A stretch of DNA of 61,207 bases, filler included, from Basidioascus undulatus (GCA_000826855.1; 7 parts of 7 records of this genome joined end to end with filler, not necessarily neighbours in it); one strand, 5' to 3'; counted from the first letter of the whole stretch, positions 11,864 to 24,557 are shown. Translations and numbers: made by a program. The notes: generated by a model not told the origin, from the letters alone.

Positions 11864-13913
11864 GATGACATTGAGATCGATGTCATGTGTATGTGTGTCT
11901 GTATGTGAAAGAGAAAGCGAGAGTGCGAGTGAACGACGAAAGCGCAAGAGCCGCGTGTAGGTTTGGAGACTGCAACGAGCCGAGCAGCAGAGCTCGAGGA
12001 TGAGATGTACGCGATGCACTCTGTGCCTGGAGTTATACCTGAAATTCTTGCCTGGATTCTCCAGGAACCATTAAAGCTGTGCTTTGCCTGTCATGAATCT
12101 GGCGGTCAAACTTCCCATCGTAAGTTCCCGCCCCGGACCTGAAGGCGGACCTCATGAATCGCGGATGGCCGCTCGCTGCTCGGCGGCCAGTACTGCTCTC
12201 CGGGGGGGGGGAGGCGCTCAGCGAGCTTCTGCAGATCGGATCTTCATCCAAGGCTTCCTACGTGATTCCCGAGGCCGTCGAGGGCCGCCGCCAAGCGCGG
12301 CCGGCGGAAATGAGAGCGGCCGACCGTGCGAGGGAGGATGCGCTGCTTGACTTGCTCGTCTTTTTGAGCGGCAATCGCTAACGGGCGGGCCTCTTCAAGT
12401 TGGTGAATGAATGATAACAGGGTGAAAGCCGTTTGAAAACCTCACTGATCATGTAACGTGTTTGCCCTGCTAGTGTATCAAATCCGCAGAGGCCGACGTA
12501 GTAAATGGGAGCTGCGCCAACTCGTGGTACTGAAGTAAAATTTCGTCCTCGTTGCTGGATTGACGTTTCGCCATGCATAGCTGACCGGCGCCTATATACC
12601 TCCGTAAATAGAAGGTTGGAGAAGAGCGGAACTGTAGCTCATATGAATGTGACCAAAGGAAGGCGGTACAACTGAAGGCCACACGGTGAGTCTATGCCAC
12701 GGAATGATATGGAGTACTGAGAGTTTGCGCTACCACGCAGGCTAAAAATAATATTTCCATCAATTCATCATCCTTACTGAGTGGTCCGGGATGCCGGCGA
12801 AAGCATGCCTGGGCAGGTGCATGTGCCAACAGCGTCTGTGTTCGGCAGAGGAGTCAGCCGTGCTACGGACTGCCACGGACTGCCGACCTTCCGTTCTGCC
12901 TGTGTACTCAGCGGGCGGGGGTAGGCTGAATGGAAGCATGGCCCCTGTTCTGTGGCAGGTCATGCTTCAACAGGCTCTGCCGAAGAGGACCGTGAGTGGG
13001 CTGTTCCACCTGAACGTCGTGGTCCTGTCTCGAAAAAGCAGTCACGACTCACTTCGGCTCTCAAACTCACGTGTTCTTCACAAAAGCATTTCGCAAGAGT
13101 ACACTTACCTAGCTTTAAGCGCAGAACCTGCAGTCTTCTTGCAGCCGCACCTCAACGCAGCGCTCACGTTCTGCAGTTCAGGCAGGCAATGTCCATGATG
13201 CCCTTCCCGAAGCATTTGTACACTTTTATATCGGCCGAGGAAGAAAACCCGAACATTGAATGGGGATGCTGTGCTCGGGATCCTTGAGTGATCAGGCAGC
13301 GGAGTGCGAGGTGATTAACCAGGTCTGCTCTGCCTCCGCTTCTGACACATGGTCGAAACGTCCTTTCCTTCAGACCCTTCCGACGGTTCAAAGAGAGTGG
13401 TTCTGATTGTGGACCAGGACTACGCAGCGTGTCAACGTGCAAATCGCTTCGCACTTGCGAGCGGTGTCCGACGCCCTCAAAGCACCCGTGCTCCTTTCCT
13501 GATTTCAAACCAGCTGGAATTGTCCTATATCCGGGACCAGATCTACTCGGTCCCGTCCCTTTTTTCACCTAATGTGACCGCGTTCCAAGCCGAGAAAGAT
13601 GGCATAGTGAATAAGACAACAACTGAAATGCTATCGAATTCGCGAAACCGAAATTCCCACGCCCGCCCCAGCTCACACTCGTAAAAAACTCTCGCCCGCG
13701 CACGACCGGTTACCTTCGCTCGTCGACGACCTCCTCAAGCGTATGTCCGCCGTCACCCCCTGCGCCCCTGCATCGCAATTCCATCTATATACCCAATCGG
13801 TCCAACTGACAATGGCCGCACAATCCTCTCCCTTCACCTCCTCTCGATTCCCTGGTCTCGCTTGATTCGATCGGCTTCCTTCGAACGGCTCCCTTCGCTC
13901 GCGCCCACAGACC

Positions 13914-14925
13914 ATGTCCAAGCTCCAGGTCTCAAGCGTGCGCGCGCAGGTCAAGGAGCTCCTCGCTGCGGCGAACGACGAGCAGAAGAAGCGCAACTTC
14001 GTCGAGACCGTCGAGCTCCAGATCGGCCTCAAGAACTACGACCCCCAGCGTGACAAGCGTTTCTCGGGCTCCGTCAAGTGAGTCGTGGCTTCCTCTCGTT
14101 TTCCCTCATCCTTCTTCTCTTGGAATGGCAGGGGGGAGGAAGAGAAAAGCGAGGGGAAGAACGGGGAAGCAAGGGAAAAGCGAGGAAAACGGTGATGCTG
14201 ATGAGTGGGTGGTGCCGTGCAGGCTCCCGGCGGTCCCCCGCCCGCGCATGTCGCTCTGCATTCTCGCCGACGCGGCCGACATCGACCGCGCGAAGCAGAT
14301 CGAGCTCGAGTTCATGAGCGTCGACGACCTCAAGAAGCTCAACAAGAACAAGAAGCTCGTCAAGAAGCTCGCCAAGAAGTACGACGCCTTCCTCGCGTCC
14401 GAGGCGCTCATCAAGCAGATCCCACGTCTCCTTGGTCCGGGTCTCTCTAAGGGTGCGCTGGCGTCCTTCTCCGTTACCCAACCTTCCGTTCGCTGTCCGT
14501 TTTGCGAAGGGAAGTTAACCGTGGTGGGATGGTTCGTGTAGCCGGCAAGTTCCCGACCCCTGTCTCGCACTCCGAGGACCTCGAGAAGAAGGTGACGGAG
14601 GTCAAGTCCACCGTCAAGTTCCAGCTCAAGAAGGTGCTCTGCATGGGCGTTGCCGTCGGCCACGTCCACATGGAGGAGGACCAGCTGCTCGGCAATATCA
14701 TGCTGTCGATCAACTTCCTCGTCTCCCTTCTCAAGAAGAACTGGCAGGTGCGTTGTCTTCCATCTCCCTCTCCCCTTCCCCTTCTCGTCCCTTCCCTTCC
14801 TCTTTCCTTCCTCACTATCCTTCGGCTGGGGCACGGGACTGATATGGTGTGCGTGTGGGTGACAACAGAACGTCAAGTCCCTCCACGTCAAGTCGACGAT
14901 GGGCAAGCCCGTCCGCCTCTTCTGA
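13914..14925 (+). CDS. RPL1: 60S ribosomal protein uL1 (L1/L10a)
   Basis: [10 protein letters not shown]...[33 protein letters not shown]...[46 protein letters not shown]...[16 protein letters not shown]...[23 protein letters not shown]. Three coding introns plus a probable 5'-UTR intron at 13741-13910. Confidence 0.98.
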
Positions 14926-15286
14926 GCGCGTCGCTTCGGCGTCGTTGCGACGACCTCCTCGACCGTATACGAATGTCTAGCTATGCGCACGCTTACACCT
15001 ACGCGTTCTGTGTCTTGCGACCGGGCGCGAGAGGGAGCTTGTACACGGTCCTTATGCATCTACGTCGTGACTACTTTTTGAGTGTGCCGTCTGCGTAATA
15101 TCGTCCTCAGGCAGTTCTGCAGAAAGACCGTAAGAGTCTCGAATCGTACGCGCTGCGAGCATTTTTAAAGTGAGGTTACGCGTCGTCGAAGCGCGAAGTC
15201 GCACGCTCCGGTTCGGTTGCTTTCGCCCGCCGCCGTGCTTGCCCTCGACCGCATCGACCGCCCTCCGTCTCGATGCCCCCCATCTA

Positions 15287-17403
15287 ATGTCCACCAGCCG
15301 CCGACCGCCTTCCCAGCGCAGCACCTACCGACCCTCCCACTCACAATCACACAGTAACTCCCCCTACACCTACAATCCTAACCGCCACTCCCCCCACCCC
15401 ACCCCGCCGCCCATCGAGCTCTCGCACCTGCCCGTCCTCCTCCTCGCGCTCCTCTCCCTCCTCTACCTCTTTCTCGGACCCTCCGCGTCGATTGGACTCC
15501 TCCGCCACGCGCTGTACTACGCCGAGCGCAAGATGGGGCTTGGCAGCTGGCTGTTCTGGAGCGGGGGGAAGGTGGATGAGGCGAGGACCGGAAGGGAGAG
15601 GAGGAGGAAGAAGAGGGAGGGGAGGGGGGGAGGTGAGTCCGTTGTTTTAGTTTATGAAGGGGAGATGGGGAGAGTGGGTGCTGATTTGGGTGTGAGTGAG
15701 GGGTAGACGGACAGAGGAAGGCGAGGGGGAACGTCTATGCTGGACTGAGGAATGCAACGGGCGCCCACTGCTTTTTGAACTCGACTATTCAGGTGAGTGC
15801 TGAGACCATCTGACGGCCAATATGGAGGGTGAAGAGGGTTGTGGGCTGATACAGGCGTTTGGACGGGCGTGGGGACAGGCAACGGCCTCGCTCGAATCCC
15901 TCGCACCGCACCTGGACGCGCTCCTCAAAGACGCCGATGAGCTGGGGGTCGACCTGCCCGTCGCCGATGCCCTGTCCGAGATGATCGCAGGTCGGTCTTC
16001 CCCTCCCCGCCCCTCGCCCCTCACCTCCCGCTCACGGCCCAACCACAGCGCTCAACACCCCCTCCACCTCCCGGCTCACCCTGCGCCCCACTCTCCTAAT
16101 CGACGCCTTCTCCCATCCCCCCCTGCACCTCTCCTCTTCATCCCACTCCGCCGCCCAGCGCGCGCTCTCTCTCCTCGCGTCCGGGCAGCAAGACGCGCAA
16201 GAGATCCTGCAGTGCATCTCGTCGTGCCTGGCGGACGAGGCGCGTGCGGTGCGCGTCTTGCGCGCACGCGAGACGGGGTTGGCGGGGCTGCTTGAAGAGC
16301 AGCAGGGGGAGGAAGCGGAGCGGGGGAGGTGGAGGGATGGGGAGAGCCCGTTTGCGGGGTTGCTTGCCAGCAGGGTCGGGAGCCTTACGTGCGGGTATGT
16401 CGAGGCGGTTAGGACGTTCTCGTTCGATAGTATCACGCTCACGCTTCCTCGGGCTGTGCGTCTCTCACTGCCTCCCCCTTCACCCTCCCTCCTCGCTCAC
16501 CTTTTTCCCGCAAAGGCATCAACCACCCTCGAGTCCGCCCTAGCGGAGTACACCTCCCTCGAGCACCTCTCCGACGCGTCCTGCCGGCTCTGCTCGCTCC
16601 GCGCAACCCTCGCGCGCCTCACCGCAGACGTCGCGCGCCTGTCCCCCTCCGACCCCGCGGACACGGCGGGGATGTCGACAGCCAAGAAGCGGCGCCTGCG
16701 CGAGGCGCGCAAGCTTGAGCGCGGGGTGCGCGAGCTGCTGGAGCGCCGCGATGGGGATCTGGAGAGCGATGCGAGGTTGGAGGGCGTTAGGGTGGACAGA
16801 GTTGAGGGGCCGGCGACGAAGCAGGTTCTTATTGCTAGGGTGCGCTTTCCGTCCTTCCCTCCTTTCTTCCCTTCTCCTCCCCTTCTCTTTCCTTTGTTCT
16901 CTGTTTCGGGTGGGTGCCCCGGCACTGACATACCGCCCCCGCCATAGCCCCCCAAGATTCTCGCCCTCCACCTAAACCGCTCGACCTACGCCGGCTACGG
17001 CGTAGCATACAAGAACCCCATCCGCGTCATCTTCCCCGAGGTGCTTGACCTGACGCCGTTCACCACCTCCGGCAAGCTCGAGCTCTCTCCGCTCAAGCCG
17101 CTCTCCTCGCCCGCCCCTCCGCCATCCCTCCAGGCGCTCCTCCACCCTTCCCTCTCGCCGGGGGACAAAGATCCCCGCGTGCGCTATCGCCTGATGAGCC
17201 ACGTGGTCCACTACGGGAGCCACGCGGCGGGGCACTATGTGGCGTACCGCCGCATTGGGCGGGACGGGGAGGGGAAGGGGGAAAGGTGGTTGAGGGCGAG
17301 CGATGAGCGTGTGGATGAGGTTGGATTTGGAGAGGTCCTGGGCGAGAACCCGTTCATGCTGTTTTATGAGCGAGTGGAGGGGCATGTGGAAGTCGTGTGG
17401 TAG
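15287..17403 (+). CDS. Ubiquitin-specific protease (peptidase C19), USP30/Ubp16-like, with N-terminal TM segment
   Basis: Cys box GLRNATGAHCFLNSTIQ, GQQDAQE, CRLC, PPKILALHLNRS, His box HVVHYGSHAAGHYVAYRR, WLRASDERV, PFMLFYE; hydrophobic N-terminal LPVLLLALLSLLYLFLG. Confidence 0.92.
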
Positions 17404-17410
17404 GTAGGAT

Positions 17411-17510
17411 NNNNNNNNNNNNNNNNNNNNNNNNNNNNNNNNNNNNNNNNNNNNTTAATTAATTAANNNNNNNNNNNNNNNNNNNNNNNNNNNNNNNNNN
17501 NNNNNNNNNN
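17411..17510. other. Artificial contig linker
   Basis: 44 N + TTAATTAATTAA + 44 N. Confidence 0.98.
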
Positions 17511-17887
17511 TCACATCCCACCTCGTCACAGCCCTCACATCCCTACTCTCGCCCCACCCCATCCCCACTCCCACATCACCCCCGACGATCTCCCAAAAGA
17601 AAGCAGCCTGCGCCCCAGCGCCCCCGAAGCTCACGGCGCACACCCTCCGGACACTCCATGCCAGCGCACAGCGCGGGTGGACGACGCTTACGGCTAACCG
17701 CGCGAGTGTGAGGGCGGTCGTGAGGGCTGTTAGGGCTCGCGGGTGGGATGGGTCGGGAGGAGTGGAGGGGAAGGAGGAGGCGGACGTGTGGGTTGTTGAG
17801 CCCAGGAGTCTAGCGGAGGGGATGGTCGCCCCGCAGGGGGAGGGGGGGGTGAATGGGACGCAGGGTAGGGATGGGAGCGCCGCATAG
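17511..17887 (+). CDS. C-terminal fragment of an unidentified protein
   Basis: Open frame from the gap: TSHLVTALTSLLSPHP...LRTLHASAQRGWTTLTANRASVRAVVRAVR...ADVWVVEPRSL...-TAG. Same C-then-G composition as the housekeeping genes. Confidence 0.45.
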
Positions 17888-18955
17888 ATCGTGCGATGCT
17901 TGTGGAGCTGCTTCAGTGCTGGCGATGGTCGGTCTGGGGAGGATCGAGTTCATGCTGGTTGATGCTCAAGATTCGACCAACTGATGGCCGCTTGTTCCTT
18001 TATAGTTCAAAAGTCTATCAAACCAGTAGCAGAGCACAAGAAACTCTTCGCCTTGTCTTCCCTTGATGGGTCCACTGAGGGGCCAACAGCGCGCGGCTTC
18101 TCCACACTCTCCCACCCCAAGTCCGCGGCATACACAGCGGAGGGTTGTACCCGGGATTGTCAGAGTCAAAACCACACAGGCGATATCAGGCATGAATCAG
18201 AATGCGGTGATTCACCTTCATCAATGCAAGCACTCGGGAACTCGAGTACGCCCCCGGCAAGAGCGCCCCACGAGAATCTCCCATCATTCCGCAGTTCTAA
18301 AACATCGCTTGACTACTGCAGACTTACGCGTGGGAGGGCCAAACGAGAACGACCCACAGCCGTCCGATGCGCAGATCCACTTTCCTCTTCACCCGCGCAG
18401 CTTTCCCTCTCCCTGAAAACGCTATGCATCATCCCACTGGGGGGATCCTATTAGTCGCTTCAGATGTTATTGCAATATCCCCCTTCCCTTTCAGGCCCAC
18501 AGCGACCTTCTTCTCCAATTCCTTAGTCTCACAACCCTCTTGGCAAACGCGCGCTGCATGCTACAGGTCGTCGAGCCAAGGGGATGGTCGCGCCTGGGTT
18601 CGATCCGGGCCTGCCGCAGGGAAATGGTCAACGGGAAGGCAGGTGCTGTGGGCTGAGCGTAGATCGGGTGACCTTTCACGAGCTGCTTCAGTAAAGGCGG
18701 TGGCGGTCAGAAAGATCGACCTGCACGGCTGGATGATGCTCAGGGGCGGGTTGTCATTGAGTGTTCCTGAAAGCGGATTGCGCCTTCTTAATTCAATATT
18801 TGACCGATTATCCGGGCGCTGTAAGCCCCGAGACGCCCTCAACCGACCTCGATGAGGCTGACCGCCTATGCTTCGAGGTGCTCGGCTGAAAGCGAGTGAT
18901 GGACTTCTCTCTACGACCGCGAGGCTGCCGAAGTGCGTGATCGTTTCCGTCGGAT

Positions 18956-19534
18956 CGTCAAGGCCACGTCCCTGACCGGACCGGTCTTGGACCGCGGCCT
19001 TCGCTCATGAACCGGACTCGACCGGACGAGGACTACGAGAGGACTGGACTAAGGACTGATGCTTGGGGACGAGGACAAGGAGGACCGGACCACGACCCCG
19101 GTGGCGGTCCTGCCTGAGGTGATATTTTATGCATAATGAGCCGCCACAGAGGAGAAACCAATCCCGTAAGGAAGTAGAAAGTCCCGTACATTATCTTATG
19201 TGAGTTCATGCCAGGAAAGTGAGGTAACAACCTTGCCAGCTATGATGCTGGTAGTTGACACTCGTCGAGTTGGGAGTCTGCCTCTGGCTTCCTTTCTCCA
19301 GGACTTCTCTCTTGACTGCCTTTATATTTTCTTCAAAATTGTCTTACCACAGACTATGCGCACGGCGACCAGTATGACATCCAAGAGGTCTTCTAAATCA
19401 GCGTGCATTGGGGTATCCGAGGACCGATTTAGGACCGATGGTCATTTGCGGTCCGTCCTAGTACCCTGGTGAGGACTGGACCGGACCAGGACCATGTTAG
19501 AGGGCTAACCAGTACCGGACCGTGGCCATCACGT
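18956..19534. mobile_element. Degenerate non-autonomous DNA transposon (MITE-like)
   Basis: Imperfect terminal inverted repeats (left CGTCAAGGCCACGT; right end reverse-complement CGTGATGGCCACGG), dense subterminal GGACC/GGACT/CCGGAC motifs at both ends, AT-richer CpG-poor core with no recognisable ORF. Confidence 0.55.
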
Positions 19535-20730
19535 CGGTTATGAGTTGGGCATCTGTCCTTCCCACTTTCGAAAATGAGTGTACGAGAACGATTGGTGTCG
19601 ATAGCTAACTTGTCGGACTGCTGACATTTCCTTAGAACGCTATTCAACTAACATTGGGGAGTTTCTTTAGATTGTTCAGATTCTCCCAGTGCCTCAGTCT
19701 CGTCCAGGCTCACAGCGACGTTTATACCCGAACACTCGATCTCCCAACCCTGTGAAACTCACACCCGGCGCTACACGCCACAGGCGGTGCCATCCTAGCC
19801 TTTTAGCCCATCCGAATGATCCTCCAGCCTACCAACTGCCATATTTAGAATAGATTGGATTGACACGCTCAGATCGCCATTGCACCCCTGCCCTTTTCCG
19901 CCGGCGGTTGTGGGAACACTCCAATCCCATCTCGTTCGGACGGACCTATAAGGCTTGCCTACCCAGCGCGTGCGGGGCGGATGTGACTGTAAGGAAACAT
20001 GCCAGCGGGACTAGCTTGTACCTTTTGCGCATGGCTCGATTGCGTGCGTGCTGTGCCTCCGGATGTACCCTGAGCACGAGGACTGAGGCACAGTCCTCGA
20101 GCATCATGGCGACCCGAATGGCGACTGCGTGTCGATCAGTACCACCCACTGAACGCCTGGTGCACGTGCACCAAATAATGTAGATCTACGAAAAGAGGCA
20201 AGGCCATGTTCGAACAGGAAAGTGGACAGCAATGCGAGTTTGATATTTTCAACAGCCTCGACTCGCACTTATGGCTCTTGCCATTCCTGCTCTCATTCTG
20301 CGCTTGTGGACACTCTTCTGATATTCGAAGGGCTTTATAGAGCGATAAGGGTGCTAAAAGGGCTACATCAGGGCCTGTATTCAAAGTTGCGGTATCCATT
20401 CATTCCGGGAGGCCCCGGAGCCGTACTTTCGGGTCGCCAGTCAGGGCGCGAGCCCTCGCCCTCCCCGCAGCGCGCCAGTCTTCGTAACTGCGTATATAAC
20501 AGTCCATACTAGAATGAAAATGATCTTGGTACGCTCTTTCTCACTGGGGCATCAGACCCTGTGATGCTTCGGACAATTGTTTTTTTTGATTCCCGAGCGC
20601 CTCCAAAGCAGATCAGGCTCGAGGCGAGGCAGCAGCTCCTCTCGCTGCGCTCTCAACAGCTCCTCAACCATCTGTGACAGTCTCCTCACCAACGGCTTCA
20701 CCTTCATTTTTTAAGAGATATCCAGAGACC

Positions 20731-23133
20731 ATGGAGTACGACAATCCCAACATCGCCAAAGTGGCAGCGAACCGGGATGCGTACCTTGGGCCCTACATGA
20801 TTGGGCTCGTCGTGCAGATCCTGCTCATGGTGAGTCTGCTTGCTGTCCCAAAGTTTTGAGAACTGAGCGGTTTACTGAGGTTGCGTGATCCTACAGGGTA
20901 TACAGCTGGCGCAAACGGTGGACGTACGTGTCAATGCCACCGCCATTTGCCTGTTTAACGCTTAGCAGTTTCATCACGGCGTCGACGAACGAGCAGTACT
21001 TGTATGTGGCAACTGTATTAATACGTCCGATGCTGTCGGCTCATACTGTCCTACAGCTATATGTTTCAGAAGGATAAGCGAATAAACAAGATCATTGTCA
21101 CAGCGGTGGGTCGTTCTTGCCATCGGGAGGTCGAACAGTCGCTGACTAGTCATGCCTTCATGCAGCTTCTGGTGCTTGGCATTTTCCAGTCTGTCTGCGC
21201 CTTGTAAGTCCAGCCCCGGAGCATGGCATTCAAAGAGATCGCTGATCCTGCCACTCCTCAATATGCCAGTGAGAGTGCGTATTTTATTAGGGGGTTGGCG
21301 TTGACTTGATCGGATGCTCAATCATGGAAATGATAATAGTGCTCTTTGTGGCATTTGTCACCCAGTACGGGGACCTCGACGCTTGGGATCAGACGAGATG
21401 GTCATGGTGGCTCGAACCAGCCGCGGTAAGCTTTTCAACACTTATTGCTTCCTCTACAACCTGTAGTCTCTCTTCTGACTCTTTGGACCGCCGGAAAGAC
21501 GAGTATCATCGCAGCCACTGCTCAGGTGAGTCTCATAGGCACCGAAGATACTTTCATAGACCGTGCTAAAGTGCTGAAGATCGCTTTTTTGGATGCTGCA
21601 GTGCTTCTTTCTGCACCGTTGCTGGCTTTTCACGAAGAACTGGTACCTGCTCGTTGGTACCAGCATCGGAATTTTCGCGGTGCGTTACACTTTTGTTTCC
21701 AACTACCGCTGCCGATGCTTACCAGCGGTTTCGACGATAGTCGTTTGCCAGCGGCATCGTCACTACCGTTGGCATCACCAGAGTTGTCCGTTTCAGCCGC
21801 CATGGCGAGCAGATTGTTAACGTACGTGTTCCGAATTTTCTTCCATTTTAGTGGATCCTATGTCACACATATATCACTTACGGTCTCAAATTAGCTTCCC
21901 GGAACGCTGTGGCAAGTCCTGGGCACGATCGTGGACATTTCCATTTCGATCGTCCTTGTGCGTCCTACCTCGCTCTATGCCGTGGCCCGTTGCTCATGAC
22001 CTCATGTCTTCGTACAGAGCTTGCACTTGAGAAAATCGGTAAATTTGATTCGGATTCTGAGTTGATTTGTCTAATGACGCGCTTAATCACGAGCATGGCA
22101 GTCCACGGGCTTCAGTTCGACCGATGCTGTGAGCAACTGAGCATACAAAGAACGAGCCTCTGACCTGCGCTGATAACAGAGATACCCATGCGTAGATTAT
22201 TCGAAACTTGCTGAAAGTAACGCTGGAGACTAGCGGCCGTAAGAAATGCCAATCTTTGTGCTCGGATTTTGTTTTTCATTTTTCGCTGAGAGCCCGCCGC
22301 AGTCACGTCGCTCCTGGTCACTACCGAGTGCGACCGACCATTCTCTTATCGTCTCCTTGCATTCCCAAGCCAGCACGGTTTACCGAAACTTGTGTTCCAG
22401 CCTTATCATTTTTTCGACAACGGCCCACCTGAACGCGGTGCATCTCTCCTTCCAGCGTGAGCAGAACTCGGACGCGACCTTTCCCTCTTAACCCCTTTCT
22501 AAGTGCCCATGCACCACAGTGCTTGTTGGGAAGGTACAGTGTCTCTTTCAAGCTCAACTTTTCCATGAGAGCTGACCTTTGGGCCTCAGTTGTACACAAT
22601 CAGCGTTCTGTACACCCTCCTCTCGCGCCTCGACCTCCGGGCCATTGTTCGGCGTGCTAATGGCCAGGCTCGTCACCGGGTTCCATCACAAGACGCTCCT
22701 ATAGCTAATACAGTCACGATTGCACCCCCACAGTCTCATTCCGCCTCCAGAACTGGTTCCGGGTCGGGGTCCGGGTCGGGCTCAGGCTCGGCTTCGAAGA
22801 AGCCCGGTCATTCCACCCAAGTGAGCAGGCCCACCGGCGCGTCCTGGTATACGAACCACTGAAACCATCGGCATTGTTTAGTGGGGAGCGGGCTCCTCTT
22901 TCCCCCACGGCATTCAGGTCCAATCAACCACCGTCGTCATGGGAGACGACGGCGACTACGAAAGCGACGTTCCTGCGGCCAAACCGGATCCGGACGCAAA
23001 CGAGCTCGCGGACCTCCCCCCTGGGACCGACGGCGGTGTGTCAGCCACGACTATGGCGATCCCAGATGAGGCTCCCAGCTTCATCGACGACTCGAGCACG
23101 GCGGAGCTCAGACACCGGCCGGGGCATGCTTAG
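20731..23133 (+). CDS. Basidiomycete multi-pass membrane protein (DUF6534-like), many micro-exons
   Basis: YLGPYMIGLVVQILLM|GIQLAQ, WWLEP, AQ|CFFLHRCWLF, YTISVLYTLLSRLDLR, then a Ser/Gly-rich and acidic tail. Internal exon boundaries approximate. Confidence 0.7.
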
Positions 23134-23414
23134 AGCCCCTGTCAGACTCTCCGGCTGTACCGCGTTATTTGCAATGTCTTGCCCTTAGTCGGTGTTGTTT
23201 GTTCAGACATTCGATAGATCCCCAAAGCTCAGTGTTTGAAAAATGTAGCACATATCTTATTTGGGTGTTGCTTCAATGGGTCTGGTTGTTCAAGGTCAGG
23301 ACTCCACATCCAGGAAACATGTCGCGTATATCACAATGTGCATTGCGTGGCCATCCTACTCGCACTCCCGATATTCAACGCGCCCGGGCTGTCAAGCGTG
23401 TTACTATCCGGTCT

Positions 23415-24557
23415 CTACATCCTGTGCGCCTTGCACCACTGTTGACGTTCAAATGAGCCCTCCGTCGGATGCACACGCACATTCTTGTGCGATGGCCAGT
23501 CAGACCCCTGATGATCCTTCGAACAATACGCTACCCCTTTGCACCCAGAGCACACTGAAGCGGCCGGTACCCCACAGACCTCGCATGGCCAAGCAAGCCA
23601 GACTCGACGTGCAACCATGAGCAAATCTGCAACGGACTGGTCTGCAAGCTATCCAGACTCCTCGCTTGTTCTAAGATTCTTCTCCAGTATCTGGGCCATG
23701 AGAGATTTCTGCTCGGCGATCAGCCAATTGAGCCGGGCAGCGCGTATGAGAAGCCGTGCGTTGTTGGACATTGGAGGTAGAGGAATGTAGCGGTCGACGT
23801 CGTAGGTCAATCGGCTCTTGGTCTGCGGCTCGAGCAGCTTTAAGGACATTCCGAACTCGAAGGACCTGACGAGATAACTCAAGAGTTCTTGTTGGGCCTG
23901 AGGGATCGTAGAGACAAGCAGAAAGTCCGGCTGGGGCGGCGAGCAGCGAATAGCGGTCACTCGAACACCATGCTCGCCGATGTCCACATAGAAGGCCCCC
24001 TCGGGAGGTAAGAAGTGAATGCGAGGCTCGATATTGAAAGTAATGCCAGGGTACTGCCCAACGAACCATTCGAACAGACCCTTCCAACTGCTCAGTTCAT
24101 ATGCGGACACCTGCGCGTGGCGTCGTTGTCGACGCGCCTCTTCCTCGGACTAGCCAGAAAGAGAGCCTCCACAGTCGAGATGGTCGCTACGACGGCCCGG
24201 GTTGTCTACTCGCACTACAGCACGATACATAAGCTCGCCAGGAGAGACTCACCAGGAAGAATCCCTTGATGGGCGACTCGCGACCCCACACTCCATACGA
24301 GAGGCATGCGATATTGGCATGGTCAGAGAGAACGCGCCTAACTGCGTTCCCTGCAGGATGGAACGTGTCGAGCAGTGGCTGAGGATCGGTGACCGTCTCG
24401 ATGGCGAATTCGATCGGAATGTGAGCGCAGCGAGAAAGAGCTTGAGGGGTCTGGACTGTCGGTAGGCGAATGAAAGAGCGAGAGCAAGGTGGTGGTCGAA
24501 TGGCAAGAAACACTCGCGGAACGAAATGCGGGCGGACGCTGCCAGGGGCCTCGGCAT
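23415..24557 (-). CDS. Protein with a C-terminal MYND-type zinc finger
   Basis: PCEVCGVPAASVCSGCKGVAYCSKDHQGSDWPSHKN|WCKAHRM-stop (CxxC...CxxC...YC...Q..DW..HK..C). Upstream exons lie in ORFs 23649-24110 and 24249-24557; start uncertain. Confidence 0.75.

Noticed and set aside
12033..13684. Short ORFs upstream of RPL1 as genes
   Set aside because: No recognisable motifs or consistent splice model; may be a decayed gene but I cannot support it.
14180..14200. Box C-like TGATGA in the RPL1 intron (intronic snoRNA)
   Set aside because: It overlaps the CTGAT branch-point signal and has no suitably placed box D or terminal stem.
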